Origin: Promethearchaeum syntrophicum
Lineage (GTDB): Archaea > Asgardarchaeota > Lokiarchaeia > Sigyniarchaeales > Promethearchaeaceae
Length of the DNA: 32,000 bases
Reading direction: 5' to 3'
Assembly (NCBI RefSeq): GCF_008000775.2
Contig: NZ_CP042905.2
Location: forward strand, 2,670,001-2,702,000
Position 1 is the stretch's first letter. Every line of letters begins with the position of its first letter. This document shows, in pieces, positions 25,812 to 32,000 of the stretch. Position numbers and translations under genes: made by a program. The notes beneath the pieces are model-generated. The model saw only the letters and a list, made by a program, of their open reading frames with translations. It was not told the DNA's origin and ran no database searches.

Positions 25812-26441
25812 ATGGCAAATAAGGGAAAAGAGAGTAAAAATGGAAATGATAAATCACACATTTTAGGGATCCGGATAGATAATGAAACACTCAATGAGAT
25901 AGAAAGAGAAGCAAAAAACCTTAATATAAAGAAGAGTTCTTTGGTAAAACAAGCTATCAAGCAATTTTTTTACCTTCTTGATCCCGTTGAGAAAGCAGAT
26001 AGAATGATGATTTATAAAAATGTCTTGGAATTTTGCTTGAATTACTTGGATGAAGAAGCCATGCATGAGTTGTCACAATTAATCGTAAGGAATTCATTTA
26101 GACATAAACCGCCGAATTTGGTAAAGAAAGAGTTAATGGAAGCTTATAGAATTCTAGAACCTGAAAAATTTAATGAAATAATAAATGATGTTTTTCTCCA
26201 TAGGAGGGGAATTGCGTTCGGTTGGTACAGAGAAACCTATCTAAAATACAATTCACAAGATGGAACTTATTATGTTGAATTTAACCACAGAATTTCCGAA
26301 CAATTCTCTAAATTTCTTTTTATTAATTCCAAAGATTTGTTAGAAAGTTATACGGATCTAATTTTTGAATTTTATGATGAATATTATGGTGATTTGACAC
26401 TCTCTTTTTACGTAAAAATCATTGGAGAGAAAAGGGAGTAA
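25812..26441 (+). CDS. Ribbon-helix-helix domain regulator, hypothetical C-terminal domain
   Basis: Within the tracked ORF 25749..26441; the ATG at 25812 is the likelier start. ILGIRIDNETLNEIEREAKNLNIKKSSLVKQAIKQFF is an RHH pattern. Confidence 0.65.
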   Translation: MANKGKESKNGNDKSHILGIRIDNETLNEIEREAKNLNIKKSSLVKQAIKQFFYLLDPVEKADRMMIYKNVLEFCLNYLDEEAMHELSQLIVRNSFRHKPPNLVKKELMEAYRILEPEKFNEIINDVFLHRRGIAFGWYRETYLKYNSQDGTYYVEFNHRISEQFSKFLFINSKDLLESYTDLIFEFYDEYYGDLTLSFYVKIIGEKRE

Positions 26442-26451
26442 TTTCAGTTTA

Positions 26452-26811
26452 TTATAGATTTGTTTTTTGCGATTTTTCAAATTTTTTTGGCAATTGGATA
26501 AGATATAAAAAACCTATGAACATTGAGAGGGTCGCCATAAAAGTAACGATTGATTGAATTAATAAAGGATGGGTCGATTCAAAAATATCATGTTTCAGTG
26601 GTGTCAAGTGAAACATAATAATAGCCAATATTCCAAAAATCGGGAAATATAAAATGACCGAGGTAATTTTAATTTTCATCCATTTTTCTTCAATTTTCAT
26701 TTTTTTGTATCCTCTAAGATTTTTAGTCTTTCCTTCATTTCTATAAAGGGTATTTTTTATATTTATCAACATAATAATCATATTCTTCCCATTTCCTAAT
26801 CCCGGCACCAA
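26452..26811 (-). CDS. Small two-TM membrane protein
   Basis: 119 aa ORF (start possibly internal, at MKIEEKWMK) with two TM segments: ITSVILYFPIFGILAIIMFHL and SIVTFMATLSMFIGFLYLIQL. Confidence 0.5.
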   Translation of the reverse strand: MVPGLGNGKNMIIMLINIKNTLYRNEGKTKNLRGYKKMKIEEKWMKIKITSVILYFPIFGILAIIMFHLTPLKHDIFESTHPLLIQSIVTFMATLSMFIGFLYLIQLPKKFEKSQKTNL

Positions 26812-27898
26812 TTGGTTTTGATTTATGAAAATCGGGATATCTCATTTGATTAATGTATAAGGTCGGAATTATTAGAAAAATAATATAATGAGATTGACCG
26901 TAATTTGTAGTCAAAGTAAATAGGAAAACTGCCAGAACAAAATACCATTGCATGAAATATTCGGGAAATTCGTTATATCGTTTAGTAAAAAGAAATATGA
27001 GACAAATAATTCCTAATATTATGATCATAACCATACGTGCTTGATTTCCTATCTGTATTTGACCATTACTGAAATTATATAATAATCTGGGGATAGAAAA
27101 TACCGACCAATTATCAAAATCATTTTCACATTGTGGGCATTTATTATATGGCATTTCTGAAGTGTAAAGAAACAGACTCTCAATCGTTCCGCTTGGATAT
27201 TGCCATAATATGAAAATTAATAGAATTATCAAAGCGGGGATCCATCCAATAAGAAATTTAGAAAATTTTTTCCATCCTTGCTTAAAGAAATATATAACAT
27301 ATACCGGAACAAATAAAAAAACTAGTTGATAACTTAAAGCAGCCATTGATATAAGTAAACCAGAAAGTAATGGATGTTTTCTTTCACCAAAAGCCAGAAT
27401 TGCTAGAAATATTGGAGCATAAATAAAAACAGTAACACAAGTAGTTGCGACAGGTAATAACCAAAAGAAAATACCCCCATAATATAATAATTTGTTTTCG
27501 CGTGGATCTTTATCAACTTTCAATGTTTTAGCTCTTTTTTGTAAATTTAAATCTCGTGAAGCAATTCTTGATACATATTCTGCGATGAGAAAACAATAGA
27601 TGTTGATCATTATATACATGCCAATCCAGAGATTATGATACCAAAAAGGAAGGAGCATTGCAGGAATTAAGAGAAAAAATGTCACCGGCCCGTAATTAAA
27701 GGGTTGACTAAACCAATCACTTCCCCATTCTAATAAATACGTCGTGGAATATGGATTTCGCCCATTAAAAAGTTCCAAAAAGGCTTTAAAGATTATTTCT
27801 GAAGCGTCATTGTATTTATCATATTGATTAATAATAATAAATAGCAATAACATGAATAAACGGGAACTTAATCCGAGGAAAAAATAATCTTTTCTCAT
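26741..27898 (-). CDS. Polytopic membrane protein, GT-C glycosyltransferase-like
   Basis: 385 aa ORF, about 9-10 TMs, with NGRNPYSTTYL...FNYGPVTFFLLIP and a Cys-x2-Cys loop (KCPQCEND). Confidence 0.6.
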   Translation of the reverse strand: MRKDYFFLGLSSRLFMLLLFIIINQYDKYNDASEIIFKAFLELFNGRNPYSTTYLLEWGSDWFSQPFNYGPVTFFLLIPAMLLPFWYHNLWIGMYIMINIYCFLIAEYVSRIASRDLNLQKRAKTLKVDKDPRENKLLYYGGIFFWLLPVATTCVTVFIYAPIFLAILAFGERKHPLLSGLLISMAALSYQLVFLFVPVYVIYFFKQGWKKFSKFLIGWIPALIILLIFILWQYPSGTIESLFLYTSEMPYNKCPQCENDFDNWSVFSIPRLLYNFSNGQIQIGNQARMVMIIILGIICLIFLFTKRYNEFPEYFMQWYFVLAVFLFTLTTNYGQSHYIIFLIIPTLYINQMRYPDFHKSKPIGAGIRKWEEYDYYVDKYKKYPL

Positions 27899-28028
27899 TT
27901 ATTAGTTCAATTTTATGATTTATTGTTTTTTATTTTTGTTTTTTTTTCCATTAGGAAAAGTTTTTTGCTTATACTAACATAGATTCTTTAAGATAATCAA
28001 GAAAAATCAATAGATAGGGAATTTATAG

Positions 28029-28655
28029 TTGGAAAATCATAAAGAATCTGCTTCATCTGAAGAAATAGAAAAAAATGGTGAAGATGAATTTTTAAAATAC
28101 GAAATTGTTGATGGAATATTTAAAAATAATAAGATAGAAATAAAATTTTCACCTAGTGTGCAAGCTCTTTATGAGAAAAATTATTTTGGAACATTATTAC
28201 CAGATGGCTCCTTAGAGTTAGATGTTTTAGAAGCGCTTTTACTTATTGAAAGAAGCAGATTAAAAATTTATAGTGATACAAAAGAAGAAATGACCGCTGA
28301 GCAAATTCTTTCAATCGTAGTTGAAGAAGATGCTAGAATTTGGGTAAAATATTTAGTATATCGAGATTTACGACAACGCGGTTACATGGTACGTTTAGGG
28401 TATGGAGAAGGTTTAGATTTTCGAGTATATCCTCGTGGCTCAACAAGATCAGAGACAATAGCAAACTATTTTATATACATTCTGGATGAAGGAAATTCTA
28501 TTCAACTACAAAATTTAGATCAAATAACTCAGCAAACTCTTAACGCTCGAAAGAAATTGATTATTGTGACTCTCGACAGGTTAGGAGATCCTACATATTA
28601 TCATCTTGAACAAACAAAACTTCCCGAAAATTCCAAAAAGGAAGATTTTTGGTAA
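28029..28655 (+). CDS. endA: tRNA-splicing endonuclease family protein (EndA-like; catalytic His apparently absent)
   Basis: 208 aa ORF starting with TTG. VKYLVYRDLRQRGYMVRLGYGEGLDFRVYPRGSTRSETIANYFIYIL...LNARKKLIIVTLDRLGDPTYYHLEQTK matches the EndA fold pattern. Confidence 0.8.
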   Translation: MENHKESASSEEIEKNGEDEFLKYEIVDGIFKNNKIEIKFSPSVQALYEKNYFGTLLPDGSLELDVLEALLLIERSRLKIYSDTKEEMTAEQILSIVVEEDARIWVKYLVYRDLRQRGYMVRLGYGEGLDFRVYPRGSTRSETIANYFIYILDEGNSIQLQNLDQITQQTLNARKKLIIVTLDRLGDPTYYHLEQTKLPENSKKEDFW

Positions 28656-28704
28656 TTTTCTTATATTAGAGTAAATAAAAACTTAAAATAAAGAGTGAAA
28701 AATA

Positions 28705-30423
28705 ATGCCATACACATTTCTACCTGATACAAGTGTTGTATTCAACCGTAAAATTATCGATTTTATAGTTAATGGAAATTTGGACGAATATAAACCAGTC
28801 CAAAAAAATAGAATTACAAAAACTGATACATTAACAATTATTCTCTCCCGAGTTATGCTATCGGAGATAGAAAATCAAGCAAATCAAATGAAATCCCAAG
28901 ATAATGTGGGATTAGATGTCATTCACGAATTACATAAATTAGAAATGGAAAATAGAATTGATATTAAAATTGTTGGAGAACGTCCTAAACTTGATGAAAT
29001 TCGGTTAAATCCTGGTGGGGAGTTAGATGCACTTATTAGAAAAGATGCTTATGATTCCAAATCAATTTTAATAACAGCCGATGAAGTGCAATCATCCATT
29101 GCTTTGGTTGAGGGAATTGATGTGTTATTTACAGTAAATATCCCTGAAAGAAAAGACGAATCCCACGAACTCGCTTTATTAGACATTCGAGATTATTTTG
29201 ATGACACTACCATGAGTGTTCATTTGAGAGGTCATTGTCTTCCTTTAGCAAAAAAAGGAACACCTGGAAATTGGAGTTTGGAAAAAATTAATGATATTGA
29301 AATGGCACCTTCACAGATTAATGAAATTGCAAACAAAATCATCCGCCAAGCGAAGAATGATGAAAAATCTTTCATTGAACGAAATGAATCTGGAGTAACA
29401 GTTATTCAACTGCAAAAATTTAGAATTGTTATATGTCGCCCTCCATTTTCAAACACACATGAAATAACTGCAGTAAAACCTCTCGTTTCATTAACATTGG
29501 AAGATTATAAATTATCTCAGAAAGTTTATGAGAGGTTAGATATCGCTGAAGGAATCCTAGTTGCTGGGAAACCAGGAGCAGGAAAATCGACCTTTATCGG
29601 AGCCTTAGCCTTATTCTATCTTGAAAAGAAAAAATTAGTTAAAACCCTTGAAAGTGTAAGAGATTTAAACGTACCCAAAGAAGTTTCTCAGTATGCTCCT
29701 TTGGCAGGTAGTTTAGAAGGAACAGCGGATATTTTATTATTAGTCCGTCCGGATTATACTATTTTTGATGAAGTAAGAACAGCTTCAGACTTTAAAATTT
29801 TTGGAGACATGAGACTTGCTGGAGTAGGTTTAGTTGGTGTAGTACATGCTTCAAAAGCTGTTGATGCGGTTCAAAGATTTATCAGAAGAGTGGAATTAGG
29901 GGTCATTCCTAATGTAATTGATACAATAATTTTTATAGATCAAGGGCAAGTTGCAGAAGTTTTAAGTTTAGAAATGACTGTTAAGAAACCCACTGGTTTT
30001 GCTGATCGAGATTTATCTCGTCCAGTTATTGAAATCCGTGATTTTCAATATAACGATTTGCTATATGAAATTTATGCATTCGGTTCAGATGTAATTGTTG
30101 CTCCTGTCGGAAAAAGGAAATATCGGAATAAAACCCCAAAAAAGAAGAAGCGATCCAATTTTTCATCAAATTTTAATGCATTAGATTTAGAATCTGATGA
30201 TTTAATTCAAACTTCAGTATTCCGTAAAAATAAAGGATATACGATTGTGACTGATATCTCTTATAAAAACCAATATCTTAATTTCTATGTAAAAAATACT
30301 CACCTATTTTCAGCGACGATGAATAATCATGGTGAGATTTATATAAAAAATAATAGCCCAATCTATTCCCGGATAAAAAATGCATTACAAAAGGGAAAAA
30401 AAATCCAAGCATCTCAAGACTAA
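28705..30423 (+). CDS. PIN-domain ATPase (PilT/VirB11-like ATPase with N-terminal PIN domain)
   Basis: 572 aa ORF. N-terminal FLPDTSVVFNRKIIDF...ESKSILITADEVQ (PIN), plus Walker A LVAGKPGAGKSTFIGAL and ADILLLVRPDYTIFDEVR. Confidence 0.9.
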   Translation: MPYTFLPDTSVVFNRKIIDFIVNGNLDEYKPVQKNRITKTDTLTIILSRVMLSEIENQANQMKSQDNVGLDVIHELHKLEMENRIDIKIVGERPKLDEIRLNPGGELDALIRKDAYDSKSILITADEVQSSIALVEGIDVLFTVNIPERKDESHELALLDIRDYFDDTTMSVHLRGHCLPLAKKGTPGNWSLEKINDIEMAPSQINEIANKIIRQAKNDEKSFIERNESGVTVIQLQKFRIVICRPPFSNTHEITAVKPLVSLTLEDYKLSQKVYERLDIAEGILVAGKPGAGKSTFIGALALFYLEKKKLVKTLESVRDLNVPKEVSQYAPLAGSLEGTADILLLVRPDYTIFDEVRTASDFKIFGDMRLAGVGLVGVVHASKAVDAVQRFIRRVELGVIPNVIDTIIFIDQGQVAEVLSLEMTVKKPTGFADRDLSRPVIEIRDFQYNDLLYEIYAFGSDVIVAPVGKRKYRNKTPKKKKRSNFSSNFNALDLESDDLIQTSVFRKNKGYTIVTDISYKNQYLNFYVKNTHLFSATMNNHGEIYIKNNSPIYSRIKNALQKGKKIQASQD

Positions 30424-30456
30424 TGATAATCTTTTCTATTTTAATGAATTAATTAC

Positions 30457-31242
30457 CTACAGTTTCTGCTTTTTTTCTTTGATTGCTGAAATAAATCCCG
30501 ATATTATGAGAAGGATTACAATTGTTAATAATAAGGTCAGGATGATAAAAACAAACACAGCAGCTTGATTTTCAAAGAATATTATCAATACATATGCAGT
30601 GAGAGCAGTAACCAGTACTATAACCATTAGAATCTTGAGCCAACCTTTTTTATGTCTAACCTTCTTGCTAAATGAAATTTTATCAGTAACATTAAACCAA
30701 GCCAAAAGTATTAGTATAAAGGGGATAGAGTAATGAATAATTTGGTTAAATAAATGTGTAGACCCATAAGCAATGTAGAAATAATAATCAATCAAAGTAA
30801 TTAAAGACAAAAATCCTGCAGTAGTTGGTGTAGGCACCCCCACATAACCTTCTAATTCAGTGCAATTAAAATGAGCTAATCGAATAATTGCACCTAAAAT
30901 AAAAATAAATGTAGGAATAAACATTACCCATATAGAAAAACCCTTTATTCCCATAGAAGTAGTAGTTTGGGTATAAATATAAAAAGTAATGATTGCGGGT
31001 GCAAACCCAAAAGCAAAAAAATCACTTAAGGAATCTAATTCTTTTCCAAATTCATTGGCTTGATTTAATTTCCGAGCAAGATACCCATCTAATGTATCTG
31101 TAATGATTGCGATAAATATCATAGCCATAGCTAACCGATATGCATGATATTCTGATATGGTAAGAATAATTGCAAAAAACCCACATGCACTTCCGATTAA
31201 GGTTGCGATATCTTTAATTTTTATTATAGAAAGCATACCCAT
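30457..31242 (-). CDS. pssA: CDP-alcohol phosphatidyltransferase (CDP-diacylglycerol/archaeol-serine O-phosphatidyltransferase-like)
   Basis: 261 aa ORF with the canonical DGxxAR(x8)GxxxDxxxD motif: DTLDGYLARKLNQANEFGKELDSLSDFFAFG. Confidence 0.9.
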   Translation of the reverse strand: MGMLSIIKIKDIATLIGSACGFFAIILTISEYHAYRLAMAMIFIAIITDTLDGYLARKLNQANEFGKELDSLSDFFAFGFAPAIITFYIYTQTTTSMGIKGFSIWVMFIPTFIFILGAIIRLAHFNCTELEGYVGVPTPTTAGFLSLITLIDYYFYIAYGSTHLFNQIIHYSIPFILILLAWFNVTDKISFSKKVRHKKGWLKILMVIVLVTALTAYVLIIFFENQAAVFVFIILTLLLTIVILLIISGFISAIKEKKQKL

Positions 31243-31247
31243 AATTA

Positions 31248-31312
31248 TGAATAATAAATATGAATAATAAAGGTATAGAATAATAATGAATAATAAAGGT
31301 ATAGAATATCAA
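31248..31312. repeat. Short tandem repeat, 26-bp unit TGAATAATAAAGGTATAGAATAATAA
   Basis: Units start at 31261 and 31287, with a truncated copy (TGAATAATAAATA) at 31248. Located between the divergent pssA-like and transporter genes. Confidence 0.7.
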
Positions 31313-31330
31313 AAAGCCACGACAAAAAAG

Positions 31331-32000
31331 ATGTTACTTTATGCATCCCCTAGATTAGGAATACAATTTTTTATAAGTATAATTGATTTTGCCCTACTAT
31401 TCTTGTATAAAGATGTTTATAGCTTAAACGGGTTGTTTGTCGGAATAGCCCTTGCACTTGGTAAACTATCTGTCGGATTCAGCCAATTTATTATAGGATG
31501 GGCGAGTGATCATACAAAAACCAGATGGGGAAGGAGAAAACCTTATATTATTATAATGACCCCGATATTATGTATTACTTTTATTATGTTATTGCTCCCA
31601 GGACTTTTTTTAGGTGCGAATCCGCCTGAGAATTCCCTTTTTATTTGGTTAGTCATATTTAACTGCTTATCCCAAGCAGCTTATTCTGTTACTACGCCCT
31701 ATCATGCATGGAATGCTGAACTTTTCCCAGTAGATCAACGCCCGAAAGTTTCCTCGTTTCAAAATATGTTCAATATAATTGGGGCTGTGATTATTACTTT
31801 GTTCACACTGGTAATTTTGACAGACGTAAAAGATAAAATAGAAGCAGATCCTACAGTAATCCCAACAAACTTTCTTGTATCAATACTTTTTTTTGCTTTT
31901 GTACTTATTACAATGAGCTTTTTTAGCACCATTGCACTACCGGTAGAAAATACTCCAGAATATGGTTCTAAAATGAAAGATGATTTGAAGATTATATTGA
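31331..32000 (+). CDS. MFS/GPH-family sugar:cation symporter-like transporter (partial, runs off the right edge)
   Basis: Open frame from ATG 31331: MLLYASPRLGIQFFISIIDFALLFLYKDVYSLNGLFVGIALALGKLSVGFSQFIIGWASDHTKTRWGRRKPYIIIMTP..., the GPH signature DHTKTRWGRRKPYI. Confidence 0.85.
   Translation, partial: MLLYASPRLGIQFFISIIDFALLFLYKDVYSLNGLFVGIALALGKLSVGFSQFIIGWASDHTKTRWGRRKPYIIIMTPILCITFIMLLLPGLFLGANPPENSLFIWLVIFNCLSQAAYSVTTPYHAWNAELFPVDQRPKVSSFQNMFNIIGAVIITLFTLVILTDVKDKIEADPTVIPTNFLVSILFFAFVLITMSFFSTIALPVENTPEYGSKMKDDLKIIL

Overview
This is a 32 kb, AT-rich archaeal window with dense genes on both strands. It looks Asgard/Lokiarchaeota-like, which is my inference from gene content and C-terminal sorting-like tails. 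Recognisable housekeeping and metabolic genes include class II fructose-bisphosphate aldolase, a KdsD-like SIS isomerase, a PepD-like M20 dipeptidase, a rhomboid protease, an MtnX-like HAD phosphatase and a SplB-like radical SAM protein. There is also an operon-like set of AGPS-like FAD enzyme, CCG-domain Fe-S protein and GlpA/GlpD-type glycerol-3-phosphate dehydrogenase. Further along are an EndA-family protein, a PIN-domain ATPase, a CDP-alcohol phosphatidyltransferase and two MFS-type transporters. The most interesting accessory signals are: (1) three consecutive Shine-Dalgarno-preceded micro-ORFs at 5367-5754, the first two sharing the C-terminus KSATGYYLN(F/Y), with inverted repeats in the shared promoter of a divergent winged-HTH regulator; (2) tandem duplicated secreted/anchored surface proteins next to a membrane-spanning two-wHTH regulator that appears to carry a related ectodomain (7576-10638); (3) a 131-bp unit bounded by near-perfect 16/17-nt inverted termini (6509-6639); (4) an overlapping gene pair resembling a TumE/DUF6516 toxin-antitoxin module (18924-19524); (5) an AGPS-like plus glycerol-3-phosphate dehydrogenase cluster relevant to membrane-lipid chemistry; (6) an EndA-like protein whose expected catalytic His is Ile; and (7) a GIY-YIG-like DUF123 gene apparently interrupted at a T6 tract. 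No rRNA, tRNA, CRISPR array or transposase gene was recognised.
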